Counted from the first letter of the stretch, positions 20,174 to 29,991 are shown. The stretch is DNA of 64,000 bases from Mycoplasma sp. CAG:776 (GCA_000438195.1 FR903071.1:87394-151393); one strand, 5' to 3'. The notes: generated from the sequence alone by a model not told the origin. Made by a program: numbers and translations.

Positions 20174-21529
20174 TTAAATTTCATACGGTGTTGAAGATGT
20201 TCCATTTCCACTTTTTATGGTAGCATTACTTGCTATATTGATAACAGGACGAACGCCATGCGTGACATCCACGCTCCAGGAGTCGAGGATGCCACCCGAA
20301 TGCACACGGGACACTTGAGCAGTACTGTTCGTCGCATAAAAGTAAGACGGAGACATAGTCCAATAAGTTTGTCCTGTATGTAGGTAGTAACTTTTATTAC
20401 TTCTTCCGCTTACTCCTCCAGCCATTGCTACTTCGTCTGCTGTAATGAGTCCTACTGGGTTTGTTAATGCTTTATTTCCTCTACTACTTCCACTTACTGT
20501 GTACATATCTTCATTATTCTTACATTTTAAACTTGGGCTTTCATTTATATTTAATCGGATATATCCTCCATAATAAGTTTTAGTTGTTCCTGTCCCTCCT
20601 TGTCCATTACTGGTTGTTTTACTTGTACTTGGCTCTCTATCTCCGCAGAATCCTGCTTCTGTACTTACCTTATCTCCATATCCTTTATTGGCTATATTAG
20701 TTTGATACCAGCTATCCAATGTATTCTTTATTCCACTATTTGTTCCAAGGCCATGTACTTGTCCTATCGTATACATATATCCTACATAAGCATTATTGTT
20801 ATACGTGTTACTGTCTATGGAAAATGTATTTGTTCCTATTTGTGTACCTGCTCCTGTTGTCGCTGTACTTGTTCCATTATAGATTAGTCTTATACTTCCA
20901 TCTCCATTGATCCTTATGATCCTCCAATAATACCCTGCAAACTTGACCCAGTTATTGTCCACTGCCCCTCTAAAGTAATAACTATCTCCCCAATCGTCTT
21001 GGGTTTTATATACTCCTTCGTCTTTTGTTGCTAAACTTCCAAAGTTTGGTGTTCCACTATTGATTTGATTATCTCTTTTAATGGCATCTGCTAATAATAT
21101 AGGTTGTTCATCAAAATACAGATAACATTTACTATTCTTTTTTAAGTTTCCTATTACATGTTCTCCATTAGAATTAGTATATAATACAGAACTGGTATCT
21201 TCATTTACATTATCGATTGTACAATAACTTTCTTCTTCATTTATGACATACCCACTACTTGGCATTTCTTCTATTTCTTTATATGTTCCATTTTCTTCTT
21301 GATACATTGCTATTACTTTAAAATCATATGGCGTATAATTGATTGTTCCATTTATCAAAGGTATACTTTGTGTTGTTCGATATTTTGCCAAACTATTGTT
21401 AGTAATCAATACAAGAAGAAGTATTACTACACAGACAAAACCACATAAAAAATATATTCTTTTTTTATTTGTTTTTAATGTTTCTATTTTCATAAGCCGC
21501 CTGCTTTCTATAATGATGCTAGGCTTCAT
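20174..21529 (-). CDS. Signal-anchored secreted/surface protein, paralog B (likely true start at internal MKIETLK, ~21492)
   Basis: Same conserved N-terminus (KKRIYFLCGFVCVVILLLVLITNNSLAKYR), same C-terminus (GVRPVINIASNATIKSGNGTSSTPYEI) and same central motif as paralog A. Gly/Thr-rich variable core. Confidence 0.7.
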   Translation of the reverse strand: MKPSIIIESRRLMKIETLKTNKKRIYFLCGFVCVVILLLVLITNNSLAKYRTTQSIPLINGTINYTPYDFKVIAMYQEENGTYKEIEEMPSSGYVINEEESYCTIDNVNEDTSSVLYTNSNGEHVIGNLKKNSKCYLYFDEQPILLADAIKRDNQINSGTPNFGSLATKDEGVYKTQDDWGDSYYFRGAVDNNWVKFAGYYWRIIRINGDGSIRLIYNGTSTATTGAGTQIGTNTFSIDSNTYNNNAYVGYMYTIGQVHGLGTNSGIKNTLDSWYQTNIANKGYGDKVSTEAGFCGDREPSTSKTTSNGQGGTGTTKTYYGGYIRLNINESPSLKCKNNEDMYTVSGSSRGNKALTNPVGLITADEVAMAGGVSGRSNKSYYLHTGQTYWTMSPSYFYATNSTAQVSRVHSGGILDSWSVDVTHGVRPVINIASNATIKSGNGTSSTPYEI

Positions 21530-21639
21530 TTTTATAATTACAAAAATAAACTATCATATAATATCATGATCAGTTTCCTAGCTTATAGTTAAATTATAAA
21601 TATAGCTATGGAAAAAGTCAAGAAAAATGTCGGTATTTT

Positions 21640-22137
21640 ATGAATAAAATTATCTTTTTTAATTTTAATGAGAAAATTGACTTGGTGAAAATTATGATGA
21701 ATTATGGAACAATTTTAAGAGAACTTAGAGAAGAAAAAAACTTATCACAAGCAGATATAGCATTACAACTTAACATTCAAGGTAAGGTTTATAGTCAATA
21801 CGAAACAGAATATACAATTATTCCTATTAAACATTTAATCATTTTGTCTGATTATTTTAATGTTTCTTTAGATTTTATTCTAGGATTTACTAAAATTAAA
21901 CAATATTCTAAAACTTCAAATATTCTTAAATGTAGATTAAAAGAATTTCGTAAAGAACATAAATTAACTCAGGAAAAGCTTGCTCAATTTTTAAATACTA
22001 CTCATTCTGTTATTGCTGATTATGAGAGAAATAGATATTTAATTGCTACACCTTTTCTTTATCAAATATGTAGGAAATATAATATCTCTGCTGATTATCT
22101 TTTGGGTAAAATAGACAATCCTAAATACCTTAAATAA
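21640..22137 (+). CDS. Tandem-HTH XRE-family transcriptional regulator (paralog B)
   Basis: Two XRE HTH units ending ...SADYLLGKI. Divergent from paralog B surface gene. Confidence 0.75.
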   Translation: MNKIIFFNFNEKIDLVKIMMNYGTILRELREEKNLSQADIALQLNIQGKVYSQYETEYTIIPIKHLIILSDYFNVSLDFILGFTKIKQYSKTSNILKCRLKEFRKEHKLTQEKLAQFLNTTHSVIADYERNRYLIATPFLYQICRKYNISADYLLGKIDNPKYLK

Positions 22138-22531
22138 ATATTTTTTATTTTAGCCATAGAAGTTAAAAAGCGTCGAATTTTGTCGGACATTTTTTCTTAA
22201 TTTTTTAGTGTTTTACTTCATAATAAATACCTGTTATTTACTGGTGGTAGCGCCTGCTTCATTTTGTTAGTAGTTTAAACTACTGAATTTTTTCAGTGGG
22301 GTTAAATGAAAGTTAGGTGATGTAAATGAGTGATACAAAATTATTGCTTATTATAATAATAATACTTCTTTCTATTATTAGAGATGAATAAAAAAAAGTC
22401 GCTAGCCAAAAGGCATAGCGCTTGCAAATAATGCAGGCGTTATCCACCAAGTGAATAACACTTACATTTATAATATAGTATATTGATAGAATTATTACAA
22501 GTATATTTTTCATAAAAATGTTAATTTTTTC

Positions 22532-22560
22532 TTGACAAAGTGTCATTTTTGTTGTAGTAT
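22532..22560 (+). promoter_or_regulatory. Near-consensus sigma-A-type promoter (TTGACA-17-TAGTAT) with no downstream ORF on its strand
   Basis: TTGACA at 22532..22537, 17-nt spacer, TAGTAT. Transcript would run antisense toward the 3' end of 22696..23442, ending at hairpin 22676..22693 plus T-run. Confidence 0.3.
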
Positions 22561-22695
22561 ACATTCTCGAACATTTAGTTTGTTTGAATATTCTTTTCCA
22601 TTCTTTGATATACTTCCTTTACTTAACTAATATCAAATTCTACTAATTCAAACAATAAATGTTTTTGTTGTTTATAAAGCTCTTATGGGCTTTTT

Positions 22696-23442
22696 TTATT
22701 TTTGCTTTTTTAACTTTATTTCATAAGTGTTTAATAATTCTTTTTCAACATTTCCTTTGTTTATCGTATAGCGATATTCTTCTAATAATAAATTTTCTTC
22801 TGTTTCTTTTTCTTCTAAAGCATAAATACTATTATCTTCAAATTTTGCAAGTATTTGAGTATTTTTATCATAAAAAATAGTTAGTTCTTCCCCATCTATG
22901 CTTTGATATTCTTTTGATTCATCATATATTAAAATATTTTCTAAAAGCATTTTCCCTTTATCATTCCAAACAAAATATTCTTCTTTTTCTTCTTTAATAT
23001 CTGAATAGACACTTATTAATAAATAATCTGTTTCTTTATCTTTCATTATCTTTATGTTTTCTTTATCTATTTTAATATTTTCATTTTGATTTTCAAATAT
23101 CTCATCTATTGTATCTGCTTCAAATTTATCATCAACTTCCATAGATAAAATTTCACGTCCATCTAAATAGAGCGTCAAATCGATTTTGGCATATTTTTTT
23201 TCAAAAGTTACTCGATAATTGCTTTTTAGTTTATGTCTTTTTCCATTTAATTGAATATTATATATTTCACTTAATTCGTTTTCAGTCATATTAGTAGATG
23301 CTTTTTCAATACTTTTGGTTTTTATTATTTCTTGTGCGCCTTTAATATCTTGATGGGTTAATGTATAAATTGTAAGAACTGCTATACCGGCTATAATAAC
23401 AGTTAAGATAATGATACTTAGTTTTTTCATAGAATTCCTCAC
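22696..23442 (-). CDS. Membrane-anchored protein, last gene of the pilin-like operon
   Basis: N-terminal TM (LSIIILTVIIAGIAVLTIYTL). 248 aa, Lys/Glu-rich extracytoplasmic region. Confidence 0.5.
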   Translation of the reverse strand: MRNSMKKLSIIILTVIIAGIAVLTIYTLTHQDIKGAQEIIKTKSIEKASTNMTENELSEIYNIQLNGKRHKLKSNYRVTFEKKYAKIDLTLYLDGREILSMEVDDKFEADTIDEIFENQNENIKIDKENIKIMKDKETDYLLISVYSDIKEEKEEYFVWNDKGKMLLENILIYDESKEYQSIDGEELTIFYDKNTQILAKFEDNSIYALEEKETEENLLLEEYRYTINKGNVEKELLNTYEIKLKKQK

Positions 23443-23506
23443 TTATTTAATATTATATCAACAAAAACCTTTTTTTAAAACAAAAAAGTTACTTTTTATT
23501 AAGTAA

Positions 23507-24502
23507 CTATTTAAATATATTAAATAATTTGGCTTTCCCTGAACTACTGCTATTTAATCTCGAAAAGCCTAAGGCTACTAAAAAATCATCCAATGTTTGT
23601 TCGTGTTCTTTTTTATCATCTAAATATGGTAAATTAAAAAATACTTTACTGTTTGCTTCACGTTCAAAATCATTGATATCTTTATTGGTTAAAACACTTT
23701 TATTTAATACTATTTTTTTATCTTTTAATTTTTCAAAGGCATCTCGATCTTGACGAATTAGTTTATTTAATTTAATTAAGCCTGGTTCGATTAAATATAT
23801 AATATCATTACATAAATTTCCTTGAGTAGAATCATTTAAATCTACTAATATTACCTCAGCTTCTGGATTATTAGCGATATTAAAAGCTAAATCTAAAGAT
23901 GTTGTTGATTTTAAGCTTTTATCATTAAAATACTTGAAGTCTTCTTTATCTACTTCTATTGCTACAACATTATAAGCAACTTCTAAATGTCTTTTTAACA
24001 TATATATAAGAGTGGTAGCTCCTGCATGAGCTGTAACATTTTTAAAGCCTACTATTCTTAATCCTCCACTTCCCGTTCCGGTAAATGTATCATATTCTAA
24101 TACTTCATTATTTGCATTTCCATTTAAATTGTGGTACTGAGCTACATCTTTGTAGGAGTTTGGATTATCAATTAAAAACTTTACAGCATTAATATTACGA
24201 GTAAAATTGTAAATCCCCATTGATACTAATCCTGATAAGTAGCCTCCGCTATTTACCATAGCTGAATCATCTAGTAATAAAATTAATTTGCTAGGATCAA
24301 AATTTACTGATAATTTTTGAATCGTTTTAATATTTTGATAACCTTTAATCGCAGTAATATCAATGATCATTTTATTAAAATAAAAATTTGTAAATATGTT
24401 GGCTAATTCTTCTATTTCATATTCCCCATTAATACTTTTTATTACATCAATGTCTAGTGTTGCTAACATATTTTGATATTTATTTGATACAATAACATTC
24501 AT
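23507..24502 (-). CDS. ParA/MinD-superfamily-like protein with degenerate Walker A (TadZ/CpaE-like?), in the pilin-like operon
   Basis: RIVGFKNVTAHAGATTLIYML...NVVAIEVD resembles a deviant Walker A lacking the Lys. 331 aa. Confidence 0.35.
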   Translation of the reverse strand: MNVIVSNKYQNMLATLDIDVIKSINGEYEIEELANIFTNFYFNKMIIDITAIKGYQNIKTIQKLSVNFDPSKLILLLDDSAMVNSGGYLSGLVSMGIYNFTRNINAVKFLIDNPNSYKDVAQYHNLNGNANNEVLEYDTFTGTGSGGLRIVGFKNVTAHAGATTLIYMLKRHLEVAYNVVAIEVDKEDFKYFNDKSLKSTTSLDLAFNIANNPEAEVILVDLNDSTQGNLCNDIIYLIEPGLIKLNKLIRQDRDAFEKLKDKKIVLNKSVLTNKDINDFEREANSKVFFNLPYLDDKKEHEQTLDDFLVALGFSRLNSSSSGKAKLFNIFK

Positions 24503-24516
24503 GCTATTCCCTCTTT

Positions 24517-25008
24517 CTAATCTCCAATTACATTTTCATATTGTTTATCATCTTGCGCTTGAAAATTGCTTGTTGTTCCTTTAATTGTAAAGCTTGATGT
24601 GTCCCCTATTATTGGTAAATTAAATTTATAAAAAATTGTAATTTGATAATAATTTGTTGTATTAGCTCCTTTATATTTTTTTACACAATAATAATATTTT
24701 TCTCCTTCACGAGCTGGTTCTAATTTAGTACTATTTAAGTCTAATGCACCATATACTCCCGTTTCAGAGTCGCCATTTGGTACACATACACCTTCAACAT
24801 CATATCCAGTATATAATAAATAATTATTTACTAATTCAATAGAGGCATCATTTAACCCTTCATATTTTTCAAACATATTTATTAATTCATTTTTTATTTT
24901 AACTGTTCGGGAATAATTTAAGGTTAATACAATAAATCCCACAAATAGTAAAATAAACAAAATCATTAATTGCAATAACCAAGTTCCACCAATTGTTTGT
25001 CTCATCAT
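24517..25008 (-). CDS. Pseudopilin/TadE-like secreted protein (paralog of 25008..25544)
   Basis: N-terminal MMRQTIGGTWLLQLMILFILLFVGFIVLTLNYSR, then Cys-containing domain. Start overlaps the upstream stop. Confidence 0.45.
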   Translation of the reverse strand: MMRQTIGGTWLLQLMILFILLFVGFIVLTLNYSRTVKIKNELINMFEKYEGLNDASIELVNNYLLYTGYDVEGVCVPNGDSETGVYGALDLNSTKLEPAREGEKYYYCVKKYKGANTTNYYQITIFYKFNLPIIGDTSSFTIKGTTSNFQAQDDKQYENVIGD

Positions 25009-25544
25009 TACACCCCACTACACCATGGGTAGCTATTAGGATCTCCACCCTTATCTACATCACATTCATTTGGTTCATAAATTCTTGCTGTTTCACCATA
25101 TATGCTAAACTCAAATAAATTTCTTATAACAGGTAAATCTAATTGATAGAAAACTTTTACTTGATAGTATAAGGCGTTTGGAAGTTCTGAATTGGAGTTT
25201 GCTCTAATTGCTTTTACACAGAATGCAGGATTTTGATTATCTAGTAATCCTTCTCTATTATATCCTACCCATCCAGTTTCATCATCACTATTACAAACTC
25301 CTGTACTACGATAATTTGCCTCTTTAAAATAATCACTTATTTGTTCTGAAAAATTAAAGCATTTAAAAGCGTCTGGAGTTTGTGAAGTACACACTCCTCC
25401 TTGGTTTTTAATAATATTTAAAATTTCATTTTTAACATTATATGCCTTAGAATAATTAATTGACATACTGATATATCCCGCAAACAGCAAAACAAATACT
25501 ATTACAATGTTAAATAAAGAAAAGCCACCAAATGCTTCTTTCAT
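25008..25544 (-). CDS. Pseudopilin/TadE-like secreted protein
   Basis: N-terminal MKEAFGGFSLFNIVIVFVLLFAGYISMSINYSK (GFSL resembles the prepilin G-F-T-L core, but without Glu+5). 8 Cys. Confidence 0.45.
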   Translation of the reverse strand: MKEAFGGFSLFNIVIVFVLLFAGYISMSINYSKAYNVKNEILNIIKNQGGVCTSQTPDAFKCFNFSEQISDYFKEANYRSTGVCNSDDETGWVGYNREGLLDNQNPAFCVKAIRANSNSELPNALYYQVKVFYQLDLPVIRNLFEFSIYGETARIYEPNECDVDKGGDPNSYPWCSGV

Positions 25545-25557
25545 TTTACCACCTTAA

Positions 25558-25800
25558 TTAACCTTTCCAAGCGCATGTAATATCTTCTTCTTCTCCATTC
25601 TTATTACGATATGTACATCTTACTTCTTTACCATCAGCACTTACATTTTCTTTTAAGCATATGGCTTCATCACATTTCGTATTTTTTGAAAAATTGCTCT
25701 GAATAGATGGCCAAAGAATAGAAAAGAAAAAAAGAGACAGCAAAGCCACTATAATTACAACAATTACGGTTAAATTAAGTTCACCTGTTGCCTCTTTCAT
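25558..25800 (-). CDS. Small pilin-like protein (80 aa) with Cys-rich C-terminal domain
   Basis: MKEATGELNLTVIVVIIVALLSLFFF N-terminus shared with 25829..26080. 4 Cys in the C-terminal 40 aa. Confidence 0.45.
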   Translation of the reverse strand: MKEATGELNLTVIVVIIVALLSLFFFSILWPSIQSNFSKNTKCDEAICLKENVSADGKEVRCTYRNKNGEEEDITCAWKG

Positions 25801-25828
25801 TTCTTATTACCTCCGTTTTTAAATATTA

Positions 25829-26080
25829 TTAATTATCATTTTTTAATAAATCTTTATAATAACTTGAGCAATCTAAATCATCATGTTCTTCTCCTTCTTC
25901 ATCTGTATAATGACAATTTTGATAATTATCATCACATCCTGTTGCCATTGAACAATAAGTACTTGCCTCTATTGATCTTTGAATTCCTGGCCAAACAAAC
26001 GCATAAAAGAATGCAGCTACGGCTGCAATTGCAACTACCGTAACGACTGTCATGTTTAATTCTCCAGTTGCTTCCTTCAT
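25829..26080 (-). CDS. Small pilin-like protein (83 aa) with Cys-rich acidic C-terminal domain
   Basis: MKEATGELNMTVVTVVAIAAVAAFFYAF. Paralog of 25558..25800. Confidence 0.45.
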   Translation of the reverse strand: MKEATGELNMTVVTVVAIAAVAAFFYAFVWPGIQRSIEASTYCSMATGCDDNYQNCHYTDEEGEEHDDLDCSSYYKDLLKNDN

Positions 26081-26230
26081 ATATAAATCCTCCTTTTACT
26101 TTTCTTTTATTATTATAACTAATTTTTGGTAAAATATCAATATCGACATTTATATTTTGTCAAATCTATTTAAAATTGTTGTATTGTTTGTAAATTTTGT
26201 GATATATTTATTTTAAGAAGGATTGATTAT

Positions 26231-26914
26231 ATGCAACAATTACAAATTAAGATATTAGAATTTTTAAAAGGACTCGGAACAATATTACTTTATTTTATTA
26301 TTTCTCTTTTGTGTTCTTATTTTTTTCAAGATTTTTATTATCATGATAATTTTATAATTGCAACTATTTTTCAACTTTTAGTTTATGTTATTATGCTACT
26401 TGTCTTAGGACTCATTTATCATAAACGTCTTATTCAAGATTTTAAAAATTTTAAAAAAGATTATTTGTATATTGCATTTAAAAATTGGATAATTGGATTA
26501 GGTGTTATGTTTATAGCTAATATTTTAATTTCTAGTTTTGTGGGTGGTGTTGCTTCTAATGAAGAAGCTAATCGTACTTTACTTGGAGCTTATCCTATTA
26601 GCAGTATTATTTCAATGGTTTTTTTAGGTCCTCTTATAGAAGAAATTACTTTTCGAGCTAGCTTTAAAAAGGCCTTTTCTAAATGGTATACTTTTGCAAT
26701 TGTAACTGCTCTACTTTTTGGTACTGCTCATATTCAAAGTTTCTTTATTACCTTTGATTTTAGAGAGCTATTATTTTTAATTCCATATAGTTCTTTAGGT
26801 TTCTTTTTTGCTAAAGCTTTTTATGAAACTGATAATATTTATACTTCTTATTTAGCTCATATGTTTCATAATGGTGTGTGTGTTCTGATACTTTTATTAT
26901 TTGGGTGGTTTTAA
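26231..26914 (+). CDS. CPBP-family intramembrane metalloprotease (CAAX protease/Abi)
   Basis: EEITFR, FGTAHIQ and HMFHN motifs. Multi-TM. Confidence 0.8.
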   Translation: MQQLQIKILEFLKGLGTILLYFIISLLCSYFFQDFYYHDNFIIATIFQLLVYVIMLLVLGLIYHKRLIQDFKNFKKDYLYIAFKNWIIGLGVMFIANILISSFVGGVASNEEANRTLLGAYPISSIISMVFLGPLIEEITFRASFKKAFSKWYTFAIVTALLFGTAHIQSFFITFDFRELLFLIPYSSLGFFFAKAFYETDNIYTSYLAHMFHNGVCVLILLLFGWF

Positions 26915-27738
26915 TGGATAAGAAAACACAAATAAAACCTCGTAGAGCTGTTAAAGTTTTATTTTTTCTATTTATTTTTATCTTATTATTATTTTTATAT
27001 GCTCGTTACATTAATACTAAAGGCCTTATTATAAAAGAAACACCCATTGTAGATGAAGAATTAGATTCTGATTATAACGGGTTAAAAATAGTGCAATTTT
27101 CAGATGTTCATTATGGAAGAACTACTTCTAAAAAAGATTTAAAAAATGTGATTGAACAAATTAATTCTTTATATCCTGATATTATAGTTTTTACAGGTGA
27201 TTTGTTTGATTCTGCTTCTATTAGTGATAAAGATGCAGAATTAATGATTCAATATTTAAAAGATTTAGAAGCGCGACTTTTTAAATTCGCTATAATAGGT
27301 GATTATGATAAAAAATATTTAGAAACTTATCAATCCATCTTAAATGAAAGTGATTTTATTTTGTTAGATAATTCTTCTAAATTGGTATATGATAATAATA
27401 GTACTCCTATTAATTTTGTTGGTCTTACTAACACTAATAATATTAATTCTTTATATGATAATTCATACTTTACTATAACTTTTGTTCATCAACCAGATTC
27501 TATAAAAGAAATTAGTGAAAGTAATATTGTTTTAGCTGGCCATTCTCTGGGTGGACAAATAAAAATACCATTTATTGGTGGTATTATTAAAAATAAGGGA
27601 GCTGAAACTTATATTAATGAATACTATTCTGTTGATGGGCAACAGCTTTATATTTCTAATGGAATTGGTACCCAAAACTTTAGTTTTAGATTATTTAATA
27701 AACCATCTATATCTTTATATCGTTTATATAATTATTAA
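26914..27738 (+). CDS. Membrane-anchored metallophosphoesterase (calcineurin-like, YkuE/YaeI-type)
   Basis: Motifs VQFSDVHYG, GDLFD, GHSLGGQ. Start taken at ATG 26914 (the track start at 26878 overlaps the upstream gene). Confidence 0.75.
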   Translation: MDKKTQIKPRRAVKVLFFLFIFILLLFLYARYINTKGLIIKETPIVDEELDSDYNGLKIVQFSDVHYGRTTSKKDLKNVIEQINSLYPDIIVFTGDLFDSASISDKDAELMIQYLKDLEARLFKFAIIGDYDKKYLETYQSILNESDFILLDNSSKLVYDNNSTPINFVGLTNTNNINSLYDNSYFTITFVHQPDSIKEISESNIVLAGHSLGGQIKIPFIGGIIKNKGAETYINEYYSVDGQQLYISNGIGTQNFSFRLFNKPSISLYRLYNY

Positions 27739-27749
27739 AAGAGGAGTTG

Positions 27750-29174
27750 TTACTCCCCTTTTAATGTGGTATTAATTTTATTACTAGCGTTTATTACTGT
27801 TTCATTATCAGGGACCATAACATATAGTTTTGTTCCTCCATATGAGTACGTATAATTATATCCATCAGTACCATTTAAACTTATATTTTCTATTTCCCAA
27901 TTTGGCATATCAGCAATTTGCATCTTAATAAATTCTGTAATATCATTAAAGTCTAAATTTGTTACAAATGAACCATCTAGAGCATTTAATAAGCTTGTAT
28001 ATTTAGTAATAATAGAAGGACTAATAGCTTTATTAATTAAAGCTTCAATCATTGCAGCTTGATTTTCTACTCTTGTTCTATCTCCTTCATTAAATGATTT
28101 TCTCTCTCTTACAAATGATAATGCTTTTTTACCATCAACAGCGTTATATCCCTCTTTGTAATAATACCCATCTTGACTGGTAAAACTATATTTTGAATAA
28201 ACATTAACTCCTCCTAAAGCATTCACAATATCAATTAAAGAAGTGAAATTTACTTTAACATAGTAATTAATCTTGATATCTAATAAATCTTCTAAAGTTG
28301 CAACACTGGTTTCAATTCCATAGATTCCAGCATGAGTTAATTTATCTTTTGCATTTTTTCCTGCTAGTGTTACATAATAATCTCTAGGAATAGAAGTTAT
28401 TAATACTTTATGAGTATTTGGATTTACAGTAATTATCATGTTTACATCACTTCGAGAAACACTGCTTACAGATCCATATGTATCAATTCCAGATATATAT
28501 ATATTAAATGAATCTTTTGTAATATCTACTTCATGAGCAATATCCTCTGTTTCAACATCTATTGAAAAATCATAAATCACTTTATATTGATCTTGAAAAT
28601 CAGCATCACTTTCATTAATCATGGCAAGCATTGAGTTTTCAATTAACATTCCCTCATATTCTTCCTCAAGGAATGAATCTTTTAGGGTTGTAATGTTATC
28701 TGTTGTAACAAAATCTACATCAATATTTTTTTCAATCTTTTCTTTAGATTCTTTTAATCCATCAGTTGTAAATTCTAAACTTCCAATACTTAAATCTTCT
28801 AAATCAGTTAATTTCTCATATCCACTTTCTTTTAAGGCTAATACACTATAGTTTTCTGTTTTATAATCTGTAAAGCCTAATTTTTTTAAGAATCCTATCG
28901 TATTTAATTCATAAACAATTGCTAACACTAACCCAATTATGTAAAGAATAGAAAATACTGTTCCTATTGCCCTTCGCTTTACTCCTTTTCTTACTAATAT
29001 CAAACAGGTGAATATTACATCTAATAAAATTAATAATACACATAATACTAAAAAGTATTCTCCTGGCAAAATATCTATAAATTTAAATAAACATAACGTA
29101 ACGATTGTAATAATAGCCATTGCCACGGCTAAAAATTTAAAAAATGGCATAATTTTTTCTTTCTTTTTTTTCAA
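27750..29174 (-). CDS. LytR-CpsA-Psr (LCP) family cell-wall glycopolymer transferase
   Basis: N-terminal TMs. LCP core ...ITVNPNTHKVLITSIPRDYYV... Confidence 0.85.
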   Translation of the reverse strand: MKKKKEKIMPFFKFLAVAMAIITIVTLCLFKFIDILPGEYFLVLCVLLILLDVIFTCLILVRKGVKRRAIGTVFSILYIIGLVLAIVYELNTIGFLKKLGFTDYKTENYSVLALKESGYEKLTDLEDLSIGSLEFTTDGLKESKEKIEKNIDVDFVTTDNITTLKDSFLEEEYEGMLIENSMLAMINESDADFQDQYKVIYDFSIDVETEDIAHEVDITKDSFNIYISGIDTYGSVSSVSRSDVNMIITVNPNTHKVLITSIPRDYYVTLAGKNAKDKLTHAGIYGIETSVATLEDLLDIKINYYVKVNFTSLIDIVNALGGVNVYSKYSFTSQDGYYYKEGYNAVDGKKALSFVRERKSFNEGDRTRVENQAAMIEALINKAISPSIITKYTSLLNALDGSFVTNLDFNDITEFIKMQIADMPNWEIENISLNGTDGYNYTYSYGGTKLYVMVPDNETVINASNKINTTLKGE

Positions 29175-29229
29175 AATTACATCTCCTTTTGTAAATTAAT
29201 TATATCATATCCTACTAAAATTAGAAAAT

Positions 29230-29829
29230 TTATATAATTTTTAAAATAAAATAAGTAAAGAAAATGTACAATAATAAATATGTACTACCAAATAGGATAG
29301 CTCCTATTACATCACTAAAATAGTGAACTCCTAAATATATTCTAGAATATCCCACTATTAATATTAACAATATCAGTAAAAAAATAATTATTATTTTAAG
29401 TGGTAATATTATATTACTAATGACAATTAAAAATATCATAAATCCATAAAAGATGGTAGATGTCATAGTGTGTCCGGATGGATAACTATATCCCTTTTCT
29501 TCTACTAATCTATTTATATTTGGCCTTGATCTTTTAAAAGTGTTCTTTAATATACCTATTAATCCCCACATAATTAACATATTTATTATTATAATTATTG
29601 ATATTTTCTTATTTTTTAAAATTAATAAAAATAGGAAACACAAAAGAATAATAAATTTGGCACTTCCTAGAAAGGTTACTATTTTCCAAAAAGAAGTTTT
29701 TAATCCATTTATTTTTATTTTTTGATATATTCTTTGATCTAAATTATTTAATCTACCTTTTAGCATTAAACTAGACCATATTAAGAATATTATAAATATA
29801 CTTATAAAAACTATTATCATAATCATCAC
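29230..29829 (-). CDS. PAP2-family membrane phosphatase (undecaprenyl-diphosphatase-like)
   Basis: PAP2 motifs KRSRPN, PSGHT, SRIYLGVHYFSD. Confidence 0.8.
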   Translation of the reverse strand: MMIMIIVFISIFIIFLIWSSLMLKGRLNNLDQRIYQKIKINGLKTSFWKIVTFLGSAKFIILLCFLFLLILKNKKISIIIIINMLIMWGLIGILKNTFKRSRPNINRLVEEKGYSYPSGHTMTSTIFYGFMIFLIVISNIILPLKIIIIFLLILLILIVGYSRIYLGVHYFSDVIGAILFGSTYLLLYIFFTYFILKII

Positions 29830-29904
29830 TTTATTATTATATCCTAAAAAAGATGATTTTTGCTAGTACAATTAAACATTTTATGCTATAATTATTTTGT
29901 ACTT

Positions 29905-29991
29905 GCCTGTGTGGCGGAATTGGTAGACGCGCTGGACTCAAAATCCAGTGGTAGCAATATCGTGTCGGTTCGAGTCCGACCACAGGCACCA
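29905..29991 (+). tRNA. tRNA-Leu (anticodon CAA), with encoded CCA
   Basis: 7-bp acceptor stem GCCTGTG/CACAGGC, anticodon loop CTCAAAA, long variable arm, T-loop GGTTCGAGTCC. 87 nt. Confidence 0.9.

Noticed and set aside
22313-22880. ORFs 22313..22564 (-) and 22659..22880 (+)
   Set aside because: They overlap the predicted promoter, hairpins, or the 3' end of a real gene. Hydrophobic low-complexity translation typical of AT-rich non-coding DNA. No RBS.
23529-23753. ORF 23529..23753 (+)
   Set aside because: Antisense within the ParA/TadZ-like gene.
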